Shown: positions 19,668 to 28,748 of the stretch, one piece after another
Layout: each line of letters opens with the position of its first letter
Numbering within the stretch: the stretch's first letter is position 1
Source of the DNA: a virus
Taxonomy: Duplodnaviria > Caudoviricetes
Virus record (IMG/VR): IMGVR_UViG_3300021387_000994
Coordinates: 32,001-96,000 of that record
Direction: 5' to 3' (one strand)
DNA: 64,000 nucleotides
Program-made: the position numbers and the translations under genes
The notes under the pieces: model-generated
The model's database searches: none
Told to the model about the DNA's origin: nothing
Seen by the model: the letters and a program-made list of their open reading frames with translations, nothing else

Positions 19668-20141
19668 ATGATTAAGGATTTTGAAAATTTCATTAATGAA
19701 GAACATCAACACAGTAGTATTGATATGTTTCCAAAAATAAACCAAAAAGGTTTTGAAAGTATGTTAAAGAACATTATTCTTAGAAAGGATGATAATCTTT
19801 ATATACCAACACTTTTTATAGATAATCGTAACGGTAATCTTTCAAAATTAGAAGAACACAAGAAAGATATATTATTTATAGATATGGATAATGTTGATAC
19901 CGATAGTGAATTTAAACAAATTGAAAATGAAATAGAAAAAGAAAAAGAAAAAATAATTGTTTTTGTAGGAAATCTTGGTTTTGGAGATAGTAGGCTTTTT
20001 AATAGTTTTTCAAAACTTATTATGAAAACAATAAAAAATAAAAAAGTATATATTTTCATAGAATCGGAATTTAAAGATGTTCATAAACTTGAAAAAAGTA
20101 TGATATATAATTTCGCTATTCTAAATATAGAAAAAGAGTAG
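19668..20141 (+). CDS. putative head-internal protein
   Basis: MIKDFENFINE leader; late promoter at 19636-19643. Confidence 0.65.
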   Translation: MIKDFENFINEEHQHSSIDMFPKINQKGFESMLKNIILRKDDNLYIPTLFIDNRNGNLSKLEEHKKDILFIDMDNVDTDSEFKQIENEIEKEKEKIIVFVGNLGFGDSRLFNSFSKLIMKTIKNKKVYIFIESEFKDVHKLEKSMIYNFAILNIEKE

Positions 20142-20183
20142 GAATTGGTTACATAAATAACATATATATATAAAAAAAAATAT

Positions 20184-20738
20184 ATGGAAAATAGAATTAA
20201 AAAATTTGAAGAGTTCATAAAAGAGAGTTCTTACGGGAACGACCGTTTCACCTCTACGTTAACCGAAGAGTTCAATATAAAATCTAAAAATGAGATATCT
20301 GAACTTTTTAAGGCAATGTGTGATGAAAACAAGAAAAAAATAAAAACAATTTTGGGAAACAATGAAAATGTGGCTATTACAAACTGCAATGATAATTTTA
20401 TTGAGTATTTGAAACGTATGTACATATACGATAACCCAGATAATTTTTATTTTGTCGAAGATATTGAAAACCCAGAACAATTGGAAGATATTATTATAGA
20501 AAATATCGACAAAAACATCATAATATCAAAAGAGGTTTCTTCCAAAATGATAAAAGAATACAACTTTTACAGGATACTTGAAAACGAGTATGTGAGAGTT
20601 AAAGAAGAAACCGGAGAACGTAAGAATTTTGACAAAAAAATAGTTGTACTGTTTGAAGAATCTATGGATGAAATAAAAAGAATTTCACCAAAAAACTGGA
20701 GATACTTTTTTGCAAGAATATATTGCATTGAATTATAA
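20184..20738 (+). CDS. putative head-internal protein
   Basis: IKKFEEFIKE leader; late promoter at 20152-20159. Confidence 0.65.
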   Translation: MENRIKKFEEFIKESSYGNDRFTSTLTEEFNIKSKNEISELFKAMCDENKKKIKTILGNNENVAITNCNDNFIEYLKRMYIYDNPDNFYFVEDIENPEQLEDIIIENIDKNIIISKEVSSKMIKEYNFYRILENEYVRVKEETGERKNFDKKIVVLFEESMDEIKRISPKNWRYFFARIYCIEL

Positions 20739-20743
20739 AAAAC

Positions 20744-20772
20744 AAAAAGGAGGTAAAACGACCTCCTTTTTT
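20744..20772. terminator. bidirectional terminator
   Basis: AAAAAGGAGGT-loop-ACCTCCTTTTT. Confidence 0.75.
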
Positions 20773-21131
20773 TATTGTATTTGTTCCTTCCAAACCTTCC
20801 CACACTTCCGGCAAGTGTAAACTCGATAAGTGTTGTGGACTTTATGTTTTCCGAACTCTGTCTTGTTTCCGTTCTCATCAAGATATTCTTCATCATACGA
20901 AATTGATGAGTTCTTGTAACAGTTGTGGTATATCTTATCAGGTAGTGAAAACTCACCATTTATTATCATAAGTATCACAAGTACCCACGACATAAAGACC
21001 GACAAATATATACCGAGTATCAAAAAGAACTTCGGATGGTCATAGTGTTTATACTCACGAATTTTTTCGTTACCGAGCAAAGCGATAATAATACCGATTG
21101 TCCAAAAGATTATAAGTGCAAGTATGTTCAT
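20772..21131 (-). CDS. small membrane protein with C-terminal CxxC
   Basis: Two hydrophobic helices; CRKCGK. Confidence 0.65.
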   Translation of the reverse strand: MNILALIIFWTIGIIIALLGNEKIREYKHYDHPKFFLILGIYLSVFMSWVLVILMIINGEFSLPDKIYHNCYKNSSISYDEEYLDENGNKTEFGKHKVHNTYRVYTCRKCGKVWKEQIQ

Positions 21132-21451
21132 ACGAGTTCATCAATTCTTTTCTGTTCTTTAAAATAATTTTCAACAAGTGAAGCAACAAACGACTCACTG
21201 TCCTTGAATGGTACACCAGAGAATAACATTGATGAATTGATTTTGGTGTTCATCGGAATGATTTTACCATCTCTTTTGTCTTTCAGTTCGGATGTAAAAA
21301 CAAGTGTTCCGTCTTTTTCTTCAGATACCTTGAACGAAAAATCTTCAGTCATACATCTATAATGGAGTTCAGATTCATCTTCTTTCTCCAACACAAACTG
21401 AAGATGTTTGTAATCCTTGATTTGTTCTTTGAGTTTTAACAGATTTTTCAT
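21128..21451 (-). CDS. hypothetical protein
   Basis: Start MKNLLK downstream of promoter motif 21475-21487. Confidence 0.6.
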   Translation of the reverse strand: MKNLLKLKEQIKDYKHLQFVLEKEDESELHYRCMTEDFSFKVSEEKDGTLVFTSELKDKRDGKIIPMNTKINSSMLFSGVPFKDSESFVASLVENYFKEQKRIDELV

Positions 21452-21480
21452 ATTTACAAATTTTTTATATACTGTAAATA

Positions 21481-22485
21481 TAACAAATTCCATTTCAGAA
21501 TATAGAGTTAAACATTTTATCTCCGAGTAGAATAACCGATTCCATTTAAGAATATAGTATTAAAATACCAAAAGGTCTAATTTTATAAAAATCCAAATTA
21601 CGATTCCATTTCGGAATATAGGGTTAAATGTTGCAGACGGCGAAGTGATTGTAGCTTTCGTATTATGATTCCATTTCAGAACATAGGGTTAAACACCGCT
21701 TCGGTGGTTTTGGTTGAACTGTGTCCATTATGATTCCATAACAGAACATAGGATTAAATAATCATTCGTCCCACGTCGGACCATTGACGTAATTACGATT
21801 CCATTTCAGGTAATAAGGTTAAATAATACTTTCCGTTTTGTGGTATAATTATGGAACATTATGATTCCATTTCAGAATATAAGTTTAAACACTTGAAGAA
21901 TACGTCAAGAAAGCCGAGAAGAAATTATGATTCCATTTCAGAACATAGGGTTAAACACTATACTGTCTAAACATTGGCAATACCGTATAATTGTGATTCC
22001 ATTTCAGAACATAGGGTTAAACACTTGACTTACCATTCTTTCTTGCAACAAGTATATTGTGATTCCATTTCAGAACATAGGGTTAAACACTTCGTACCAG
22101 ATGGTTCAGATATATGTGTGCATTGTGATTCCATTTCAGAACATAGGGTTAAACACTACGATTACCTACATAGCTAACAAGACCTCCATTGTGATTCCAT
22201 TTCAGAACATAGGGTTAAACACTATACAATGTACTGAGAATACAACAGATATAATTGTGATTCCATTTCAGAACATAGGGTTAAACACTCAGAATCTGAA
22301 TCATTACGTGCAGATTTAATTGTGATTCCATTTCAGAACATAGGGTTAAACACTTGATTTGGTAACACAAAGACTTTTCCTGTATTGTGATTCCATTTCA
22401 GAACATAGGGTTAAACACTTCACAAATTTAAATCTCGTTGTCACACTTCATTGTGATTCCATTTCAGAACATAGGGTTAAACACT
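21481..22485. CRISPR. CRISPR array: 16 repeats (36-nt consensus ATTGTGATTCCATTTCAGAACATAGGGTTAAACACT) and 15 spacers, mostly 29-30 nt
   Basis: Repeat starts at 21481, 21533, 21597, 21662, 21727, 21792, 21858, 21924 (degenerate or variant) and 21990, 22056, 22122, 22188, 22254, 22319, 22384, 22450 (identical); AT-rich leader-like stretch 22486-22524. Confidence 0.97.
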
Positions 22486-22524
22486 ACGATTTATATATAA
22501 GTAAATATATCAATACTTTAACAA

Positions 22525-23694
22525 CTATTCATCAAAAATTTTTTCATATGTGTCTTTGTAGTCAGTATCATAAAGAATTGTATCAATTTCAACACTACAT
22601 ATACCACCCTCAAGACACCTACACACACCAGAATTTTCTTTTATTGCTTTAATCACTTTATCGTCGTCTGTTTCTATTATAATTGTTGCATCAAATACAA
22701 GTTTGTGTGTGTCAACACCTCTCTTATTTAATAGATAACATTTTCCACCAAGACCCTTATCACTATTCTGCATTTGTGGGTATATTTTTTTGTTTTTTCT
22801 AATAAAAAACAAACCATCACCATTACTTCGATTTGGAAAATCAACATTGAATATGGCACACATCCAAGGTCTGTAAAAGTTTCCAGAAACAGTTGTCAAC
22901 TCATTTTTCCAACCATCCTCGATACTTTTTACAAAATCTATTGTTCTCTCAATCAAGTCGTTATCATTTTTTAATTTCTCATATATTTCCTTACACATTT
23001 CTGAAAAAGTAAGATATTTTCTAACATCATCATACCCCAAAATTTCATTTATATATGAAAAAAGTCTTCTATATGTTTCAGTTTCTTTGTTCTCAAATGT
23101 ACGTAACAATTGGTCATAACTATAATAACCAAGCATCGTCTTCATCTTATTACCATTTTCATCTGGTTCTTCAAGTTCAAAAAAACTTTGTTTATATGAA
23201 ACATTACTGTTTATAGAAAGTTTTTCACTTTTAATAAGTTCCATATCGAGAAAAATCTCATTACCACTTTTAAATTCTGGTTTGTATATATGATAATACT
23301 CACCATCTGAACCAATGACTGTTTTGATGTAATTTGATGAATCAATAGGAGTGTTAAATTTTATATATGCTTTCTTTGCAAGATTTACACATATTTCTGG
23401 ATATGTTAAAATATCTTCATACAAATATCTATTACGTCTCTTTGGTTTTGTTGGTGTTGGGACACCGTTCATAAGACTTGTCATCAAGTTACAAACATCA
23501 GTCCAAGCAAGCGGTTTTCGAAAATTATGACCTCTTTTAATCCAACTCAACGTCACTTTTTCGTTTGGAAATTCTTTCTGCAAATCAGCAAGTATTTCTT
23601 TAATTACTGGATTTCTTCCATCGGTTTTTGGGTTCAACGACTCTTTCAATAGACCAGCGTTTTCAATATTCAAATATAGATAATACATAATCAC
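22525..23694 (-). CDS. cas5: Cas5fv-like (large Cas5 replacing Cas8)
   Basis: Position after cas7; RAMP-like N-terminal strand and helix (LAWTDVCNLMTSLMNG); C-terminal DATIIIE..IKENSGV..LEGG resembles Cas5fv as I recall it. Confidence 0.6.
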   Translation of the reverse strand: MIMYYLYLNIENAGLLKESLNPKTDGRNPVIKEILADLQKEFPNEKVTLSWIKRGHNFRKPLAWTDVCNLMTSLMNGVPTPTKPKRRNRYLYEDILTYPEICVNLAKKAYIKFNTPIDSSNYIKTVIGSDGEYYHIYKPEFKSGNEIFLDMELIKSEKLSINSNVSYKQSFFELEEPDENGNKMKTMLGYYSYDQLLRTFENKETETYRRLFSYINEILGYDDVRKYLTFSEMCKEIYEKLKNDNDLIERTIDFVKSIEDGWKNELTTVSGNFYRPWMCAIFNVDFPNRSNGDGLFFIRKNKKIYPQMQNSDKGLGGKCYLLNKRGVDTHKLVFDATIIIETDDDKVIKAIKENSGVCRCLEGGICSVEIDTILYDTDYKDTYEKIFDE

Positions 23695-23703
23695 ACAAAT
23701 TTA

Positions 23704-23735
23704 GTCCTGTGATGATGGATTAAACATCACAGGAC
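23704..23735. promoter_or_regulatory. 11-bp hairpin between cas7 and cas5
   Basis: GTCCTGTGATG-N10-CATCACAGGAC. Confidence 0.6.
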
Positions 23736-23745
23736 AAATTATTAT

Positions 23746-24837
23746 TTATTCATTATCATTTTTATTTTGAGAGTTTTTCCACTTCTCTCTCTCTTGTTGT
23801 TTCTTGTCCTTTTTTTCTTTTGACTTTTTATCCTTCTCTTCAATATGTTTCTTTCTATTTTTCCAACCTTCAAAAGAATCCTCAACATAAAATTGCTCAA
23901 TTTCAAAAGTCAAGTCATTTACATTATCTTTCGTAACAACAATTTCTTTACCTTTCGTACCACCCTCATATATCAATTCGATTTTAAGTTCATATGCTTC
24001 CACCTCTCCACGACGACGGTGAATATTTAATTCAAGAAGTCCATTTAAAGCTTTGTTTATAAGTGTGTTCACATACTCATCATCAAAAAGAAGACCATAT
24101 TCTGCACCATAACCTTCACCAAAAACATCTTGTGCATCTTTTGGTTTGAAAAACCCTACTTTATATGGTACTCTGCCATAACGCTTGAGAAATGCCTTTT
24201 CGAGAGAACTCCCACAAGGGATTCCACCATCTTCAATGTTTTTTTCATCAGAACCTTCAAAATACTCTTTATCTGCACCAAGTCTACCGGAATATAAATC
24301 AAGTGACAAAAATTGGGCTTCCTTAACACTAAAAAAACCATTCACATAATATTCCGTTTCTCCAAGTTGTTCTTCTGTAAATAAAGAATTACAGTCACGA
24401 TAACCAGATTTTGTGTCTTGGTCTACAATTATTTCAGATTTTGTTTCGATTGCATCATATGGTGTCAAACAAGATGCTTTTCCAAAACCATTTCCACTAG
24501 GTGCAGAACCATCAGCACACATATACCCCCTCATAAATCCCATAGGACTTGAGATAAAATTACAAGCATTTGTTATAAAACCCCAAGTAGAAGAATCACA
24601 TTTATTCGTACCTTTAAACAATGCATAACGAATACAACCAGATGAAATTTTGGCATGCTCATCATATGATACATTACCATACTCATCCATAACTTTCTGT
24701 TTTATTTTTTTAAGGCGGTTTATTGGTTTTGTACCTTTTAATTCACTGTCGTATACATTTTCGACACCATTATAATTCACACCACCTTGACCTTTTAATT
24801 TAAGATGAAACTTAAATCCTTTTAACTTATTATTCAT
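23746..24837 (-). CDS. cas7: Cas7fv-like (type I-F2/I-Fv backbone subunit)
   Basis: GQGGVNYNG, ISSGCIRYALF, GFMRGY, GYRDCNSLF..LGETEY..QFLSLD, EYGLLFDD: collinear with the Shewanella Cas7fv motifs as I recall them. Confidence 0.8.
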   Translation of the reverse strand: MNNKLKGFKFHLKLKGQGGVNYNGVENVYDSELKGTKPINRLKKIKQKVMDEYGNVSYDEHAKISSGCIRYALFKGTNKCDSSTWGFITNACNFISSPMGFMRGYMCADGSAPSGNGFGKASCLTPYDAIETKSEIIVDQDTKSGYRDCNSLFTEEQLGETEYYVNGFFSVKEAQFLSLDLYSGRLGADKEYFEGSDEKNIEDGGIPCGSSLEKAFLKRYGRVPYKVGFFKPKDAQDVFGEGYGAEYGLLFDDEYVNTLINKALNGLLELNIHRRRGEVEAYELKIELIYEGGTKGKEIVVTKDNVNDLTFEIEQFYVEDSFEGWKNRKKHIEEKDKKSKEKKDKKQQEREKWKNSQNKNDNE

Positions 24838-24856
24838 ATTTTACTAAAATTAAAAA

Positions 24857-25552
24857 TTATTCATAATCACATTTAAGACCAGCGAATCCAAAACCATATC
24901 CAGTGGATTGACCAAACCCCATTGATGTCAATTTTTCCCTAACATCACGCTTACCCTTTAGAATGATTTGAATACAAGATGTCTTTATACAATTTTCTTG
25001 TTTTGTTCCAGCCTTAACTTTACACCATTTAACTTTCCAATTTTCTTTATGAAATGGTTCTATTTTTATAGTCGCTGCATCACTCTCTGAGACACCACTT
25101 TTAATAAGTTTCTTAACCGTGTGTGAGCGAAGTATATCAATAAAATGCTCTTCATCTTCAAAAGTGATGTTTTTATCATCAATTTTTAGGCGAAGACAAT
25201 TTATTCTTACAATATCAAATCTTGGCATTGAAGTTTGCTTATACGTATCAAAATCCTCAAATATCATAGTTTGAACCATACCATTATCCCAAATATCCAT
25301 AATATTATTAGATAACGTTTTGATAAAATCATTATCATCAGAACTAACTATTATATGACCACCATTGGGATATTGAATCAACCCATTCTTATCTAAAACA
25401 CCACCCCTCATTTGTGAAATAGAATAATTTGAAGTACCATTGTGCCACTTATTATTATTTCCAAGGCATGTGTGAATATATCCAACAACATAATCTATCG
25501 TTGGTTTTGTAAATGGTTCACTGTTTGGTTTAAATTTTATTTTAAGTCTCAT
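24857..25552 (-). CDS. cas6: Cas6 endoribonuclease (classical G-loop type, not Cas6f)
   Basis: MRLKIKF, YSISQMRGG, C-terminal GFGQSTGYGFG loop. Confidence 0.9.
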   Translation of the reverse strand: MRLKIKFKPNSEPFTKPTIDYVVGYIHTCLGNNNKWHNGTSNYSISQMRGGVLDKNGLIQYPNGGHIIVSSDDNDFIKTLSNNIMDIWDNGMVQTMIFEDFDTYKQTSMPRFDIVRINCLRLKIDDKNITFEDEEHFIDILRSHTVKKLIKSGVSESDAATIKIEPFHKENWKVKWCKVKAGTKQENCIKTSCIQIILKGKRDVREKLTSMGFGQSTGYGFGFAGLKCDYE

Positions 25553-25572
25553 ATAATAAACTTCATTTTTTA

Positions 25573-25603
25573 CAAAGATACTATTTTTTTTTCAAATATC
25601 AAA
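25573..25603 (-). promoter_or_regulatory. Bacteroidota sigma-A type promoter for cas6-cas7-cas5
   Basis: TTTG-N19-TATCTTTG on the minus strand. Confidence 0.75.
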
Positions 25604-25610
25604 ATAAAAA

Positions 25611-28025
25611 TTAAGAAACTGGATAAAGACCAAGTTCATCATTATAATTGTGATTAAACAAAAGAGTTGGTCTGTCTGAACGATATGAAAGTTCTGATGA
25701 ACTTTTAATATCACACACACCAGTTATACCATAAACTCTTTTTAAAGTTCTTTTATCTGGAAAATCAAATGGAGTTTTGTCTAACATAAACATATATCTC
25801 TTTCTTGCTTCATCTGATGGGTCTTTTGATATATCATTTTCTCTCTTCAAAATGAAATCAGAACAAGCAATTGGTTCAAGAAAACCATCTAGTGTTTTAA
25901 CTGTTATGAAAACATTACCATTAGTACCACGATAAGTACAACCCCTTGAAACCATCTTGACACCATCATATTTTTTATTATTTGAACTACCAACAAGAGT
26001 TATATTCATAAGACCATCCATACCGTTGTTATAAAGGTTTGTATAATATCTAACGAATATACTCTCATTATCTTTATAAAAATTATGATATAACTCATAA
26101 AATTTATTTTTAGTGATTGTTTTTCCTTCAAGTGATTTCAAAATACCAATCCAATTTTTGTAAAGTTTAACAATATCAGAATCATTTGTTTTTATTGAAG
26201 GATATGTCCAAGGTTCGTATCTATACATAATATATCTCAAACCTTCTTCACTTAAATCATAAAAAACATTATAATCCACCTCACCATATTCATTAAATCT
26301 ACTGAGACGACCACAAGCGTGTTGAATTGTATCATCCGGTAAAATACAAAAGTCATTCATAGATTTTGCCGAAATATCCCAACCAGTACCTATCAAACTT
26401 GTAGACACAACGGCTTTCTTATCTTTTGTTGATTCTTTACCATACATATCAAATACTTCACTACTAATATCTTTACGACGATTTTCACGAAATATAGAAT
26501 GTACTAAAATTTTTGGATTTTCTGCTTTCAAATATATATCTCGTGCATCATCGACAGTTTTACATATAGTAAAACTATTTTGTTTAACAAGTTCAATAGG
26601 AATATTACCATCAGAACAATCGTATGTTTTAATGTTTATTTTAACATCACCTGAGTGTATTGGTATATCATTGAAAAAATTTATTTTATCGGAATCACCA
26701 AACCAAAGATTCTTAAAATCTGGTGCAGTGGCACTCATAAGAAGACATTTTCCCTTTGTGTAATGCATAATATTTAACATAGAATTTATAAATGCTGGAA
26801 ACATAGGGTGTCCACATCTAAAATCTTGATATTCATCAAATATAACATTTCCAAAATAATTATAAACAAGAAATTTCGAAAAGTTATTCTTTGAATTTCT
26901 ATTAAGATAATTATCTATATTTGTAATAATAATATCACAATTTTCAAGTCTGCAATCTTTATGATTTGAGTCCTTTATCTCCCCTGTTGTGAAAGAACAA
27001 ACTTTTATAATATCATTGAGACCCATTTTCTCAAGTTCACGAATAACACTTTTATATGTAGATTCTGTTAAAGAATTTGTCGGAAGAACCCATAAACCCT
27101 TTTCTTTATTTTCAATTAGCCATAAAATTGCCATAAGTGTTTTTCCAAAACCAGCCGATGCTGTTAAAACATTTACACGAACCTTATTATCAACAATCTT
27201 TTTAATTATTTCTAATTGGGTATCAAGTCTTTTTGTGTCATATCTTGACAAATCAGTATCTCTTTTGCAAAAATTAGATTTTTTTGAATCTAAAAATGAA
27301 GAGTAAACACAACTTGATGCTGTACGGTCAGACCAATTTAAGATTGCATGATTTATTGATTGATATGAACTTAATTCAACCTCTTCTCTTGTTTCCTTTA
27401 TTTTTATATCTGGTCTAAATTTAACACAACTAAAAAGACACTCATCACAAACCTTTCTATCATAAAAAAATTTTTTATCAAGAATCATTCTATAATTATC
27501 ATTATGAGATAAATCTGTACCATATTTTAAATCAACATATTCAATCATATACATATAAAAATTCTTCATATCTTCAAATGTGTCTGGTTCATCCTCAAAA
27601 ATACTCTTCATAATATCCTTTGAGGATTTATTTTTATCAGAACGAACAATATGATGAAACAATATGGGTGAAGTAATGTCACTCATAGAGTATACACGAT
27701 TCAAACAAGATACGGTAAATGCCCAAGAAATTGTGTTATGATATTCCTTTGTGTTATCACAACCATCATATTTTATAGACTCAAGACTATCTTCGTCAAG
27801 TTCACTTTTTTCTTCAATAAATTTTTGAAAACTTTTTGTAAACTTTCCGATGTCGTGCAATATAATTGTTAAGGCGATATGTTCTTTAAACTCCTTTGTA
27901 CACTTTGATTCTTCCATCAAATCTATAAAAGACATACCCAATTCAATAACATCTTTCGTATGTTCCACAATGGTTTTTCCACCATACTTTTTACTTTTTG
28001 CAAATTTATTCTCAAACATATACAT
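25611..28025 (-). CDS. cas3: Cas3 HD nuclease-helicase without Cas2 fusion
   Basis: EH..LHDIGK..H..HH..SD HD domain; ASAGFGKT, DEYQ, MSAT, Q..GRLSR helicase motifs. Confidence 0.92.
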   Translation of the reverse strand: MYMFENKFAKSKKYGGKTIVEHTKDVIELGMSFIDLMEESKCTKEFKEHIALTIILHDIGKFTKSFQKFIEEKSELDEDSLESIKYDGCDNTKEYHNTISWAFTVSCLNRVYSMSDITSPILFHHIVRSDKNKSSKDIMKSIFEDEPDTFEDMKNFYMYMIEYVDLKYGTDLSHNDNYRMILDKKFFYDRKVCDECLFSCVKFRPDIKIKETREEVELSSYQSINHAILNWSDRTASSCVYSSFLDSKKSNFCKRDTDLSRYDTKRLDTQLEIIKKIVDNKVRVNVLTASAGFGKTLMAILWLIENKEKGLWVLPTNSLTESTYKSVIRELEKMGLNDIIKVCSFTTGEIKDSNHKDCRLENCDIIITNIDNYLNRNSKNNFSKFLVYNYFGNVIFDEYQDFRCGHPMFPAFINSMLNIMHYTKGKCLLMSATAPDFKNLWFGDSDKINFFNDIPIHSGDVKINIKTYDCSDGNIPIELVKQNSFTICKTVDDARDIYLKAENPKILVHSIFRENRRKDISSEVFDMYGKESTKDKKAVVSTSLIGTGWDISAKSMNDFCILPDDTIQHACGRLSRFNEYGEVDYNVFYDLSEEGLRYIMYRYEPWTYPSIKTNDSDIVKLYKNWIGILKSLEGKTITKNKFYELYHNFYKDNESIFVRYYTNLYNNGMDGLMNITLVGSSNNKKYDGVKMVSRGCTYRGTNGNVFITVKTLDGFLEPIACSDFILKRENDISKDPSDEARKRYMFMLDKTPFDFPDKRTLKRVYGITGVCDIKSSSELSYRSDRPTLLFNHNYNDELGLYPVS

Positions 28026-28036
28026 ATATTTTTTTG

Positions 28037-28067
28037 CAAAGATACTATTTTTTCACCAATAAACAAA
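28037..28067 (-). promoter_or_regulatory. Bacteroidota sigma-A type promoter for cas3
   Basis: TTTG-N19-TATCTTTGCA on the minus strand. Confidence 0.75.
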
Positions 28068-28102
28068 AAAAAAATGAACGGAAATTTTTCCGTTCATTTT
28101 TA

Positions 28103-28369
28103 TTAGAAATTATATGTCCTACAATCCTCCGGTGGATATTTTGCTTCCGGAAGTCCCAATACAGACCTTACATTTTTTGATGCTTTCACAGTCTCATCGT
28201 AATTGTCATAAACCTCCCATTGATTTCCACCACGTACAACTTCCATTCTTTCGACCGTCATATCGTATCCACAGTCGGCGAGATTCTCCACAAGGAAATC
28301 GAGGTCTCTCAAATACCACCAGTTCCCATATTTCTTTACAAATCTTTCTTTATTATTTTTCGGTATCAT
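28103..28369 (-). CDS. hypothetical protein
   Basis: 88-aa ORF followed by hairpin AAAATGAACGGAA/TTCCGTTCATTTT. Confidence 0.55.
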   Translation of the reverse strand: MIPKNNKERFVKKYGNWWYLRDLDFLVENLADCGYDMTVERMEVVRGGNQWEVYDNYDETVKASKNVRSVLGLPEAKYPPEDCRTYNF

Positions 28370-28400
28370 AACATAAATAAGTTATATAAATAAAAAAACT

Positions 28401-28748
28401 ATGATTAAAAAATTTGAAGAATTTGTAAATGAATCTCTCAACCAATTAGATTTTGAACCAATTTTGTGGGGTGTTGAAATCTTTGATGATGAGATGGAGG
28501 ATGACAAAGGTATTTCCGTAACTCTTGAAAGAGGTGCTGGTGGTGGTAGAGAACTTATTGAATCACATTGGAAAGTATATGCAATTGAGGATTTGGATGA
28601 CAGATGGAACGTAAAAGCCATCTGCATCGATTCCGAAGATAGAAGATACCAACCTGATGATGAGATTGATTTTGAAATCAATAAAGACGATGATGTTTGG
28701 GACCTTGAATCTTTATTGCAAGATGCTCTTGATGAAGAAGGATTCTAG
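28401..28748 (+). CDS. acidic putative head-internal protein
   Basis: MIKKFEEFVNE leader; late promoter at 28372-28379. Confidence 0.65.
   Translation: MIKKFEEFVNESLNQLDFEPILWGVEIFDDEMEDDKGISVTLERGAGGGRELIESHWKVYAIEDLDDRWNVKAICIDSEDRRYQPDDEIDFEINKDDDVWDLESLLQDALDEEGF

Noticed and set aside
21894-21923. Spacer TGAAGAATACGTCA... matches 14 nt at 18058-18071 (possible self-targeting)
   Set aside because: Only 14 of 30 nt match; plausible by chance in AT-rich DNA
21974-22652. ORFs with repeated CDSISEHRVKH / IVIPFQNIGLNT peptides
   Set aside because: They are translations of the CRISPR repeats
22525-23694. Call as Cas8 large subunit
   Set aside because: Position after cas7 and RAMP-like termini with a Gly-containing C-terminal loop favour Cas5fv; needs a profile search to settle
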